Numbered from the stretch's first letter, positions 47,301 to 60,100 are shown. The stretch is DNA of 64,000 nucleotides from Takakia lepidozioides (GCA_030704615.1 CM060733.1:41912001-41976000), one strand, 5' to 3'. A program made the numbers and translations. Notes: a model not told the origin generated them from the sequence alone.

Positions 47301-50075
47301 GAGCTGAACATGTAAGTGTTTTTTCATATTGAAATTCGGCATTTAGGGCACGTTTATGAGGATGAAAGAATCCGTCACTGGCAGCTCAAACAGTGTGCGT
47401 CAATGCACACTGTTTGAGCTGTACATGTCACTATTTTTTTGGTGTTAAATTCGGTCTTCCAGGGCAGGTTTTTGATGATGAAATAACCATTCAGTGGCAG
47501 CTCAAAAAGTGTGCGTTGGCGCATACTCTTTGAATTGAACATTTAAGTGTTTTTTCCGAGTTAAATTTGGACTTCCAGGGCACGTTTATGATAATGAAAT
47601 AACCATTCAGTGGCAGCTCAAATAGTGTGCGTTGGCGCACACTGTTTGAGCTAAACATGTAAGTGCTTTTCCGATTGAAATTCGGCATTTAGGGCACATT
47701 TCTGAGGATGAAAGAATCCCTCACTGGCAGCTCATACAGTGTGCGTCAACGCACAATGTTTGAGCTGTACATGTCACTGTTTTTTTGGTGTTAAATTCGG
47801 ACTTCCAGGGTCGGTTTTTGATGATGAAATAATCATTCAGTGGCAGCTCAAACAGTGTGCGTTGGCGCATAGTGTTTGAGCTGAACATGTAAGTGTTTTT
47901 TCAGATTGAAATTCGGCATTCAGGGCACGTTTCTGAGGATGAAAGAATCCCTCACTGGCAACTCAAACAGTGTGCGTCAATGCACATTGTTTGAGCTGTA
48001 CATGTCACTTTTTTTTTGGTGTTAAATTCGGGCTTCCAGGGCAGGTTTTTGATGATGAAATAACCATTCAGTGGCAGCTCAAACAGTGTGCGTTGGCGCA
48101 TACTATTTGAGCTGAACATGTAAGTGTTTTTCCGAGTTAAATTTGGACCTCTAGGGCAGGTTGATGATGATGAAATAACCATTCAGTGGCAGCTCAAACA
48201 GTGTGCGTTGGCGCACACTGTTTGAGCTAAGCATGTAAGTGTTTTTCCGATTGAAATTCGGCATTTAGGGCACGTTTCTGAGGATGAAAGAATCCCTCAC
48301 TGGCAGCTCAGACAGTGTGCGTCAACGTACACTGTTTGAGCTGTACATGTCACTGTTTTTTTGGTGTTAAATTCGAACTTCCAGGGCAGGTTTTTGATGA
48401 TGAAATAACCATTCAGTGGCAGCTCAAACAGTGTGCGTTGGCGCACACTGTTTGAGCTGAACATGTAAGTGTTTTTTCATATTGAAATTCGGCATTTAGG
48501 GCACGTTTATGAGGATGAAAGAATCCCTCACTGGCAGCTCAAACAGTGTGCGTCAACGTACACTGTCTTAGGATGTAAGATGTTTATGAGGATGTAAGTG
48601 TTTTTTCCGAGTTAAATTTGGACTTCCAGGGCAGGTTTTTGATGATGAAATAATCATTCAGTGGCAGCTCAAACAGTGTGCGCCAACGCACACTGTTTGA
48701 GGTGAACATGTAAGTGTTTTTTCATATTGAAATTCGGAAATAGGGCACGTTTATGAGGATGAAAGAATCCCTCACTGGGAGCTCAAACAGTGTGCGTCAA
48801 CGCACACTGTTTGAGCTGTACATGTCACTGTTTTTTTGGTGTTAAATTCGGACTTCCAAGTCAGGTTTTTGATGATGAAATAATCATTCAGTGGCAGCTC
48901 AAACAGTGTGCGTTGGCGCACATTGTTTGAGCTGAACATGTAAGTGTTTTTTCAGATTGAAATTCGGCATTTAGGGCACGTTTCTGAGGATGAAAGAATC
49001 CCTCACTGGCAGCTCAAACAGTGTGCGTCAATGCACATTGTTTGAGCTGTACATGTCATTTCTTTTTTGGTGTTAAATTCGGACTTCCAGGGCAGGTTTT
49101 TGATGATGAAATAACCATTCAGTGGCAGCTCAAACAGTGTGCGTTGGCGCACACTGTTTGAGCTGAACATGTAAGTGTTTTTTCCGAGTTAAATTTGGAC
49201 TTCCTGGGCAGGTTTTTGATGATGAAATAACCATTCAGTGGCAGCTCAAACAGTTTGCGTTGGCGCACAATGTTTGAGCTGAAATTTGGCATTTAGGGCA
49301 CGTTTCGGAGGATGAAAGAATCCATCACTAGCAGGTCAAACAATGTGCGTCAATGCACATTGTTTGAGCTGTACATGTCACTTTTTTTTTTGTTTCAAAT
49401 TCGGACTTCCAGGGCAGGTTTTTGATGATGAAATAACCATTCAGTGGCAGCTCAAACAGTGTGGGTTGGCGCACACTATTTGAGCTGAACATTTAAGTGT
49501 TTTTTCCGAGTTAAATTCGGACTTCGAGGGCAGGTTATGATGATGAAATAACCATTCAGTGGCAGCTCAAACAGTGTGCGTTGGCGCACACTGTTTGAGC
49601 TGAAATGTAAGTTGTTTTTTCAAATTGAAATTCGGCATTTAGGGCACGTTTCTGAGGATGAAAGAATCCCTCACTGGCCGCTCAAACAGTGTGCGTCAAC
49701 GCACACTGTTTGAGCTGTACATGTCACTATTTTTTTTGGTGTTACATTTGGACTTCCAGGGCAGGTTTTTGATGATGAAATAACCATTCAGTGGCAGCTC
49801 AAACAGTGTGCGTTGGCGCACACTGTTTGAGCTCTACATGTCACTGTTTTCTCCGAGTTAAATTCGGACTTCGAGGGCAGGTTTATGATGATGAAATAAT
49901 CATTCAGTGGCAGCTCAAACAGTGTGCGTTGGCGCACACTGTTTGAGCTGAACATGTAAGTGTTTTTCCCGATTGAAATTTGGCATTTAGGGCACGTTTC
50001 TGAGGATGAAAGAATCCCTCACTGGCAGCTCAAACAGTGTGCGTCAATGCACACTGTTTGAGCTGTACATGTCAC
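26333..50075. repeat. Tandem satellite, ~116-bp monomer, roughly 200 copies, each with a 40-bp hairpin CAGCTCAAACAGTGTGCG-NNNN-CGCACACTGTTTGAGCTG
   Basis: Period 115-116 bp (e.g. ttcagtgg at 30661, 30776, 30892); about three monomer types in 2-4-mer units; multi-kb internal duplications. Confidence 0.98.
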
Positions 50076-50179
50076 ACTGTTCGAACTCACCTTTTCACAT
50101 TTTTCATCCAAAATCGGCCGGATATCTTGGAGTTTACAATGAACACTTACTTGGCACAAGTAGATGTTCAATGATCATT

Positions 50180-50345
50180 TACCTGGCATGTGAAACAGTG
50201 TGCGTCAACGCACACTGTTTGAGCCCACTTTTACATTGTCTTTTTCTGTGGAATTCGGCAACATAGGACATGTCTGTGAGGGTCAATGTACACTTACCTG
50301 GCAGCTTAAAATAGTGTGCGTCAACGCACAGTCTTTGAGTCCACT
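50180..50345. repeat. Two diverged satellite monomers directly upstream of the ParB-MTase gene
   Basis: aaacagtgtgcgtcaacgcacactgtttgag at ~50193 and atagtgtgcgtcaacgcacagtctttgag at ~50311, keeping the ~116-bp spacing. Confidence 0.85.
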
Positions 50346-50414
50346 TTTTCATGTGTCGGCCGACGTTTCATGCCTCTCTAATATCAAGTTGAATGAACAA
50401 CCCTGCAGGAGAAG

Positions 50415-53400
50415 ATGCAAAGTGTGGCAGATGAGGTCCCTTCGTGTCAGGAGAAGGAGATAATTGTTGATGTGGACGATGAGTTCTATGAAAGCAAAGC
50501 CGCTGAGATGCTGGGGGGTCCGAAGGTAAACTCTCAGCTTGTGGTGCAAAGTATGCTTGCCTTGGGTGGGAGGTTGAAGATTCCCCTGTGTAGGTTAGTT
50601 TCCATGCCAGTCGTTCGTACACCCCTCGTCAAGGACATTCTCAAGCTCGAGGCCGAGTTTTTGCATGGGTATTTGGATCGATCCGTAGTCTTTTACGTTT
50701 CTACTAGGGATTCCAAAGGTAATGAGCTCCTCGTGGATGAGTCAATCGTGGACTCCTGGGACCCCATTTGGAGACAGCTGAACGAATCCTTCGAACTTCT
50801 TCTCTCCAGGAAACCTTCCACCCAGGCATTCTCGGGAAAGATGTTTCACGTTTGGGATGGGAACCACCGCTTGCTTGCATGGATGGCTGTCATTGGGAGG
50901 CTGCACTCACAGGAGGAAGAGTGACATTACTCTGTTCGATCGATTGTGCTGGATTGTGACGGGAACATGATGGGTCTTCTGACGGCAATGAATGATGTGA
51001 ACAGGTTGGTTTCTCATTCCACATGTTCCACTTGTGGTTCCGTTCTTCTTTGATTGAAGACCTTGAATTTCATTCTGACTTACAGATATCATTCTGCAGA
51101 GGAACGGAGACATCGCATGTTAAAACGAGTTTGATTCACACACTATATAGGATACAAAGGATAGGGTAGATGCCCTTGACCAACTTCAAGACCATCCTTT
51201 CAGCGGAGATGTACAAGAAGTGCGAAAGCTCCAAGACATCGGAAACGTGGTACTCGTTGACCCGTGAGGCTTTCATGGAGTACATGTACACGGTGAGATA
51301 CATCTTCCTTCATCTGGTCTTCCATATTCCACATGTTTGTTTCTGTTTGTTTCCCTTGACCTTGTGCTGATGCAACTCTCTTGCATTCCCTTGCAACAAG
51401 ACATTACAGATGCAGGGGAGCGTGGCAAACTGGAATACTACAGCTCTACCCCTGAGGAGAGAAGGACAGCAAAGAGGGTTGAGAGTCGCATCCAGAAAGA
51501 GATGACCGCTACAAGAAGGACTATAATGAGTGCTTTCGTGAAGCAGTTGAGAATTGCCGACCCATCATTTGGACCGCAGTTTCTCCTGGAGATAAAAAAC
51601 CATTATAACAAGCCAGGCAAGCCAGAAATGGCCCAGGAGAAGTTGCACAGGTTGTCTACCGCCGTTGTGTCTCCAGAACAAAAGGTGAAGTGGCTGCAGA
51701 TATGGAACTCCGATCCCACACTTAGGGATACCCACATGTTCCCAAGGCCGGAGAAAGAGAAGAAGACCCAGCATGTCATTCCTGTCAGTGACAATGTGCT
51801 GGACACCTGGCTTCACAAGGCCACTTACTGGAGCCAGGTGTGATGTCCTTCCCTGTGTCACTGTCTTTTCTCTTTTCGTGTCATTATCTTTCTATTGCCT
51901 CTTACATTCGCTGTGATTGCTTTTGGGTTCATTCTTGCATTTGTATTGTTTTGCAGTTGGAAGAAAGGGCCAGATCGGTTCTGCACACTCAGCTGGCTGA
52001 CTATGGCATCAGTATGATAGCACCGAAGGTGTCCTTCGAAGCATACATGAGGAAATGGAGAGCCACAGTGTGGCACTCTTGTTTCTTTAGAGAGTTCAAC
52101 AAGGAGGGTGGCATCAGTCGAACAAATGAGCTGGACCAGCAAGAAAAATGAGAGGAAGCCTGGAAATGATGCCTTTACAGGTGCACACTCTTGCACTACT
52201 TATTTGTGCTGTGGTTGCAATGTGTTGTGTGGCATACTGTTGAACGGGGTCTTCCTGGTGTGATGGAAAAATTGCCACACAATATTTCCATTGTAAAATG
52301 AGGCTGTCTCTGTTGCTGCAGGTACATAAAGTTTGTTCTCCTGGAAGAGAATAGCCTGGACAAACATCCAGATTTTGTGGACTTGTGGCTTGTCCCTGCT
52401 GGCAACCAGACCATGTTTACTACTGGGATCTTGCATGACTAGGGCCCAGACCATCTTTCTTCTTGTGGTTGGTATTTGGATTGCCCTCCTTCTGAGACCC
52501 CAGCTCCAGAGGTGTCTTTGAGGAGAGAGAATGACCGTATTGCAGCCACTGCCGCAGCAGCCGACCTCGACATTCATGAACAAAATTTGAGGACTCTTGC
52601 AGAGAAGGAGCCTCCCGCTCAGGATACCCCAGGTAGAGGAAGAAAGGCAAAAGGAAAAGATGTTGCTGGTGTTGTGGGGAAGGGAAGGGGTAGAGGGAAG
52701 GTGGCACAAGGGCAGGGAAGTGTTGCAGATATTGGCCCTGTGGAGCATGTCCAGCAGACTCCACCGCATGGTAGGGGATCCGGGAGAAAAAACAAGGGGG
52801 TGGTTGATCCCAAGGACCCGTACCATGCAGTGGAACATCCCACGAGGGTCATTCGCCCAACCAGGTTGGAGATGGCCAACGTCGGGTTCCTTGCCATGAT
52901 GGAGTCGAAGAAATCTGATTACAAGGGCGAGCCATCACCAGTGTGGGACAGGATTGTGGAGTTCCTCAGCACGGTGCGTGTTCTCTTTGGGTTCTGTGGC
53001 TTCTGTTGTCTTTGTCTGCTGTGGGCATGGATCGTTTCTAAACTTGTGAGAATTCCATTGTATTTTTGTTTGCAGGCTAAAATGACCAAATCCTGGGTGA
53101 ACGGGAAGGAGAAGCCATATGCAGCCGAACTCATCATCTTGGACATCCCTGATGGGTTGGCAATCTCGGATATCCCTCCATCGGGTGCTTGTCCGGGTTG
53201 GAATGCTTTTGATGAGCGATACTGGCGGTGGGTTTTCTCCTTTTGCAACTTCTTCCTATCCGATGCAGGTGTTTTGGTGCTCATCCAGTCCATCGACGTT
53301 TGGTGTCGCCGTGCACTTTCCAGCTATTTGAAAGCCTCGGGCATGAGAGTCGTGAAGACATGGAATTGCGTGAACAGCATGTACCTTACGAAGGGGGATC

Positions 53401-54136
53401 GTCCGGGAGAGATGGTGAGTTTGCCTTCTTCTTCCTCTTCTTGGTTGTTCTCGGATGGGGTTGTATAGGTCGCTCAAACTCATATGTAGGGGCCCGATTT
53501 TTTTTTGCTTCTTAGTTCCTTGTGGATGTCATGTTCGCAGACTCGTCTGTTTGAAGCTGTTTGTCTCGTCCGGGTGCATCCACAAACGACTCCGGCCGGC
53601 ATTACCGAGTTCGCCATCACTCATGGGGCCAAGTTCATAGATGACAGGACAGATCCTCCCACGGATGACATGCATCACAACTACGTCGACAACAACGTGT
53701 GCTTGCGAAGGGGGAATGGGGTTCCTTGGAGAGGGGCGAGGGAGAGAAGCCCGACTTTCATTCAAACGATTGTGGAGTGCTGCACCTACACAGACGCCAG
53801 AGTTCTGGATTTGTCGATGGGCACAGGTTCGTCTCTTCAACATTCACATTTCATGAGGTTTGATTGAGCTTGCACTTTCAGCACTTCCCACCGTTCCGAA
53901 TGTGTCTTCAATGTCTGCTTCATTCATTCTATTCCACTGCAGGTGCTTCTTACCACGCTTGCAAGGCCAGTGCGCGACATCTCTTTGGGATTGAAGGGGA
54001 TGCTGAGATTTACAAGAACCTCCTGATGGGTTTGGGTGGACACACTTCTCAAGTCCTTCCGAAGCCCCGTCCCGCTGATACTGATACAGAGGAGACTTCT
54101 GACAAGGAGCTGGACTCCGACTTTGCCTGTGAGTAA
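50415..54136 (+). pseudogene. Multi-exon gene for a ParB/Srx-like domain fused to a beta-class N6A/N4C DNA methyltransferase-like domain (premature stops)
   Basis: FHVWDGNHRLLAW (DGxHR, 50856-50870); ELIILDIPDG (motif IV-like, 53142); ERSPTFIQTIVECCT..DARVLDLSMGTG and RHLFGIEGDAEIY (motifs X/I/II). About seven GT-AG introns, e.g. 53415-53540 and 53827-53942. Stops at 50922, 51167 and 52149. Confidence 0.78.
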
Positions 54137-54879
54137 GTTCAACCTGTGCATGCTTGCATTGTTGTTTCAATATCGAGAATCGCTGTTCTTGAGGCAAAGT
54201 GCACATGGGAGACATCCTCTTTGTTGGACTTGTGCATTGCATCATTGTGTTAAAAATGGGGTTTTGTGGACATGTGCAGGAGTCCGCGTGCTTCCACTTG
54301 CCCTCCAGGGCTATCACACCTATTTGGACTTGTTTGCAGTCCTCCTCGGTCTTGCGTGCTACCTGTCTATGCGGAGGCACTCGCAGCAAGCATGTCCGTT
54401 CATGGCACTCCGAGTCCACCTTACGACGGCCTTCATAGAACACGTGGTGTTGGGGCCAGAATCTTTGTAGATGACATAGCACAGGAGGTGGACACTGATT
54501 GTGATGATTGCGACACTTGATATGAAGTTTTCTTTTGGTTTAATTCTGGGCCAAATTTGAAATGGGATGGTTGTGTGTCCTTCTTGTCATGTTCGCAATG
54601 TGTGCGTGGAATTCACATTCATGGTTACAAACTATTGTTGGAGATGGGGGTTGCATGGACTGCCTGGATTGTTCCTTCAATCTATTTGGTGTTTTGTGGA
54701 CCTCACAGACTTGAGTACATTGCGAAAACAAACAAACCACTTTGGTTCATGTAGAGCATTCTCGCATCATTTGCTAGTTGGTCCCCAAACTATTCCTGCT
54801 AGAAGAATGGTTGGTGAATCCATCACGGTGAAGTCCACCTCATCAAAAACTGTTGAGGCATTCTCAATTCTACCCACAT

Positions 54880-55033
54880 CAACCCGCGGAAATAGGTGAC
54901 ACCACTCAGAAAATAGGTGACATCCGCGGAAATAGGCACTGTTTGCATGCTGACGTGGCGTGAGCCTGTGCTGGGCTCACGCTTTCCTGGGCTCACAGGC
55001 TCACGCCTCCGGGCTCACGGAATAGCACCCCCC
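54880..55033 (+). repeat. Putative DNA transposon terminus 3: AAATAGG repeats, (GGCTCAC)x4, then GGAATAGCACCCCCC
   Basis: Same architecture as termini 1 and 2 (GCTCAYG.AATAGYA.MCCYC), again downstream of an MTase gene. Confidence 0.6.
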
Positions 55034-56258
55034 CTCTCAACTAGTGCGCTGAGTCCTCTTTCAACAATAGTAACATGCGAAAACAATTATGCCTTAACTC
55101 CGGTGCGAAGTAGTACCCAAATTAAGATCTTGATGCCAGTCAGTCACTTTCTGGCACTTTCATCTGGACCTAAGACTTTTGGACAACTTGAACCCCCGTT
55201 GTGCTTGTTTTTTTTTGTGAAAATCGGCCACCTTGGGCCCACTCTGGCAGGTTGTAAACACCTTGTCGCGCGGCTTTTACTCACCCATCCTTTCACTATC
55301 CGAGGCGGAAACTCCAAGATAGAAGAGTTGGAAATCTCTAAGTACTCAGCCCGCTCAGAACAATCAGTCATGACCTACAGCTAGTGTATCATGGGGGTGT
55401 TTCCTATTTGTTTTCCTTCCCGCATTCATGTTAGCTAGTTACCTTACTGTTGGTAATTAAGTATCAGTTTGCTTCATCAATTTATCGGATTCCATCAACT
55501 CATCAATTCATTCCACAGCTTCACTCAGATCTCTCTACACAGTGTGAGTATGAGGTGTGTATCAGATTAATATCTATCAAGTATCAGGCTGAAGCCATGG
55601 AGTCTCTAATCTGCTCTACATTACAATTCTACTGCCTGCATTCATTAAGCATCAACAGATCCTCCTCCTACTCCGTGCTCTCCATCTTTCTGCTCAGAGA
55701 TACACTCTCTCCTCCTTTCCCCCAGTGATGTCCGAAGTCTCTCCAAGAAGTGCTCCTTCCCACTCCTTCCAGCCGTGACCCCCCCCCGAAGTGCTCCAAG
55801 AATGATCCCCCTTTCAGTCCTTGCTTCTAGCTTTATCTTCCTACCCATTGTTCTAACCGTTTCCCTCACTAACCATCGTCCGTGAACTAACATGTTCCAT
55901 TCGCAGGTGTTGTTCCCCACAGTCGTTCCCTGTCCGGCTATCCGTTCCCTATGGTCGTGACAGCTGTGTCAAGCTGTGACTGGCTGTGTGAAACTGTGAC
56001 GGGCTGTGTTGGCTGTGATGGGCTGTGTCGGCTGTGACGAGCTGTGTTGACTGTGTCTCGCTGTGTCGGCTGTGTTGGCTGTGACAGGCTGTGTTGGCTG
56101 TGACGGGCTGTGTCACCCCCCCCTAAAGTGTGCTGCTGTCACCCCTAAGGCTCCTCAGTCTGTGCAAAAATTAAGGGTACCCCATAGATCCCGTATAAGT
56201 GTCTAAGTCCCAGACAGTCCTCTAACATTACCCCTTCCCCTCTCAAAAAGCCGTGTCC

Positions 56259-56953
56259 TCACGGTTTACTGATTGGGATTAGCAATCCTTTGTGAGCGAG
56301 CACCTTTTTGACGTTGAGAGTTTCGTGGCGGACTGTGTGTACGAGCCTGAGGTCTGTCACTGGTTGACGGAGATGATTGAACACTACCTGGATATGTGAG
56401 GCCCTCTGGAGGCTGATATCGAGGTAACCTTTCAGGCATAGGAGACCCCCGTCGCTTCTTTTCTGCCATCTGAATTGCATAGTCTTCTTTTAAAGAAACT
56501 CCCTTCTTGGAATAAGTCCCCTATTTGCAGTCTTGCCCTGTGCTCCTCCACATGCACTTGGCCTGCTGGCAATCGAAACAATTGCTGGAGGTATAGGGGA
56601 GTAATTACTAATTCAACTCCCTTCACCGTTGTTGCTCCTGTCCTTGGCTCAAAGTTCTGCAAGAATTGTAACATGTACTGTCTATGGTGCAATGTCCAAT
56701 CTTTGCTTTGCAATCCTTGCAATCTTAGCTCCTTCAGTATCTGTATCGCCTGTGGGGTAGCAATCGTTTGTTTCTGCAGAATTGTGGTGCTCTTCACCCT
56801 GATTTCCTCCATTCCTCTCACTCTCATCATTCTAGACCCACAGAAATGTTTTGGCTGTAACAACTGAAGAAATGCCTGTAGTGCACAAAGCATAAACGTA
56901 TGGTTGCCACAAAAAGCTATGGGTAATTTCTTGTAAGCCTGCGGGGCTTGCAA
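56259..56953 (-). pseudogene. 3' extra ORF of family B, resembling plant retroelement accessory proteins (Athila-ORF/putative plant transposon protein-like); frameshifted
   Basis: Pattern MLQFLQNF..TVKGVELVITP..LQQLFRLP.G; ORFs 56432-56953 and 56259-56480. Confidence 0.5.
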
Positions 56954-57158
56954 GCATCGCTCAAGAAAAGATCCGCTCTGTTGTTTCGTCCCTATGCCAC
57001 TGCGTAAGTAATATTGCGAGCGTATAGTCTGTTAGTTCCTCCATAGCTTCAAAGCTATAGCATTGATGGTTTGTCCCGTCGAGACGCCCGTTACTCAGAA
57101 CGACGCCGACTCTTGCGCTTAATTTCCCTCCAATTTTTTTGATCCCTTCTCTGGCTTT

Positions 57159-60100
57159 CTATTGGCTGTAACCGCTGTGACTGGATTTTAGATTAATTTT
57201 CTTTAGTGGACTTTCCCTGCTGGACTGTCCACTAGGATAACACATGTGACAAGAATTTTGCTTTTCTGTACTTGCCGTTTGTTCTGTTGCCCTTTTTCTG
57301 TATTCATTAATGGGCCCGCCATTCATCCAATTTGACGCACTGATTAGGTATTTTGACGGCCATTCTTGTCCCCTTTCTTGATGACATCCGTTCTTGCACT
57401 TCCTTCTCAGCTGTGTATTGCACCTTGACTTCCACGTGTCCCTTTGTAAACTGGCTTCCGTCCTTTCTTCCGCCGGCCATTTCACTAAAGTTATCCTGCG
57501 TCCACCTGTCACTGATTCTATGGATTGTGTAACCCTAGTAGGCTGTGTTAAGCTGTGATAGGCTGTGTCATACTGTGGTATGCCGTGATAGGCTATGATA
57601 CACTGTGGTAAGCTGTGATAGGCTGTGATGCACTGTGGTAAGCTGTGATAGGTTGTGACACGCTGTGGTAGGTCATGATAGGCTGTGTTGCGCCGTGCTG
57701 GGTTGTGATATGCTGTGTCACGTCGTGATGGGCTGTGATAGGCTGTGTCACGTCGTGATGGGCTGTGATAGGTTGTGTCTCGCTTGTTCTGCCCGCCCTG
57801 GTCATATATGCTCGGCCTAGCGACAAGTGCTCCATACTCCGTTGGTAACACTGGCGCAGCCCGTGACTGCTTTTGCATTTCAACATGCAAATTATGCTGC
57901 AATGGTTTGTCATGGATACCACTGTACCCCTTCAACTTGTTAGCATTGACTCTTCCCAGCATCTCTTTGTTAATGGTTTGTAACATGGCGGTGTTGTTAT
58001 CATACATCTTTTGTATGACATAAGGTCCTTTCCATGGTGATTTAAGCTTAGAAGCTTTAATCTTTCCTTTCTTCTGCAACCATAGAACCAAATCTCCCGT
58101 CTTAAAAGTCTTTAACTTGCCTTCATCAAACTGTTCCTTTCTCTTCATCTGAATTCTGGTCATATTATCAGCTGCATCAGCACGTACTTCTTCCACATGG
58201 TATAATTCATGTTTCCTGACTTTAATGGAATCTTGCAATTCCATTCTCTTTCCCCATTCCGTTCTCATGGTAGGTAACAGGAATTCCACTGGAAGTAAGG
58301 CTTCCATACCATAAACTAATTGGAATGGTGTATACTTAGTGGTGACTTTATATGAAGTCATGTATGACCACAAAGCTGTCAGCAGCTTTGTATCCCAATC
58401 CGTTCTGTTTGCATTGACTATCTTAGCCAAGATAGTACATAGTATTTTGTTGGTAGCCTCTGCCTGCCCATTACCCTGTGGGTAATATGTTGTACTCCTC
58501 CTATGCACAATCATGAACTCTTTAGTCAACAATTCAATGGTCTCATTAATGAAGTGACTTCCTTGATCACTGATAAATTCCAAGGGACAGCCAAATCGTG
58601 TAAGTATGTTCTCATACAGAAACCTTGTTGTGGACTTGGCTGTGTTGTCCCTCAAAGCTTTAGCTTCCACCCACTTCGTAGTATAATCAGTGGCTGTAAT
58701 TATGTACTTGTTCTGTGTATTCTTGGCTGGTGGGTTAATTGGTCCAACAAAGTCTAGTCCCCATTTCTGAAATGGTTCCGTAGGCATTGTAGGATGCAAA
58801 GACATTTTCTCATATCTCTGCAAAGGTCCCAGCCTCTGACATTCATCACAACTCTGACAATACTTGTGTACATCTTTGAACAAAGTAGGCCACCAGTAAC
58901 CTGCATGTAGTATTTTCCTGCTGGTAGTCTCTTCTCCAAAATGACCTCCTGCCACTCCTTTATGAACTTCCTCCAAAACTTTATTAACTTAATGGTGGTA
59001 TAAGCATCGATTCAACACTCCATCTGGTCCTAGCTTATACATTCTGCTCCCTACCATGGTGTAAGGTAGAGCCTTGATAGCAATTCTCTTTCTCTGCTTC
59101 TTTCCATAACTTGGTGGGCACTGACCATGAGCAAGGTAGTATCTGATTGGCCACTGCCAATCTAACCAGTCATCTGCACTTCCCTGCACCTCCACTGTAA
59201 ATAGACTCGCATCTGGTAATTGATCATCTACTCCCGTGGCTGGTTCTCCTGTTGATAACCTTGACAAGTGATCCGCCACAAGATGCAGTCTCACAGGCTT
59301 GTAAACAACCTCGAACTCAAACTCGTGCAAGATTATTAACCATCTTGCTATTCTTCCGCTTATCAGAGGTTTGTTTACCAGGTATATCAGAGCTTGGTGA
59401 TCCACATAGAACATAAACTTCTTGCCCAACAAGTAATGCCTGAATTTCTTCACTGCATAGATCATTGCCAATGCTTCTCTTTCCGTTGTGCAATAATTTC
59501 TTTCGGCATTGTTCATCAATCGGCTAGCATAGTACACAGGTGAATCTATCCTTCCTGTTATATTTTGGACTAACACCGCTCCTAGTGCTTCTCCAGAAGC
59601 ATCACAGTGAACATGAAATATTTTCTGCCAGTGAGGACTAATCAGCACAGGTATAGTTGTTACTGACAATGTAAGTTCCTCAAAAGCCTGTTGACATTCA
59701 GGTGTCCATGCAAACACTGCATCTTTCTTAGAAGTTTGCTCAATGGTGCTGCTATCTGTGCATACCGTCTGACAAATCTTCTGTAATAGCTGGTTTGTCC
59801 AAGGAATCTCCTTAGACTCTTAACATTCACTGGTGGTGGAGAGGCTTTAATGGCCTCTGTTTTCCTGGGATCCACAAGAAGTCCCCTCTTACACACAATG
59901 TGTCCCAGAAGCACCCCTGAGTTCACACAGAAAGTACACTTCTCTGGATTCAGGCCCAAACCTCTCATCCTGCATCTGGCCAGACATAACTCCAATTTAT
60001 GCAAGTGCTCATTCTTAGAGCTGTACACACTGAAATCGTCCAAGAACACCTGCATGAAATCATCCAGATACTCATGAAAAAATTCACTTATCACTCTCTG

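Noticed and set aside
26333-50075. CRISPR array (palindromic repeat plus spacer pattern)
   Set aside because: Spacers are about three recurring, mutually related types rather than unique sequences; no cas genes; eukaryotic context.
26539-50266. Dozens of short ORFs in the satellite
   Set aside because: Translations of the repeat, frame-broken by homopolymer indels.
54199-54899. Small Cys-rich ORFs downstream of the MTase gene
   Set aside because: Short, overlapping in several frames and without a recognisable motif; cannot be supported as genes.
55034-55046. Helitron 3' end (CTAGT) after terminus 3
   Set aside because: No convincing hairpin at the right distance, and termini 1 and 2 lack CTAG.
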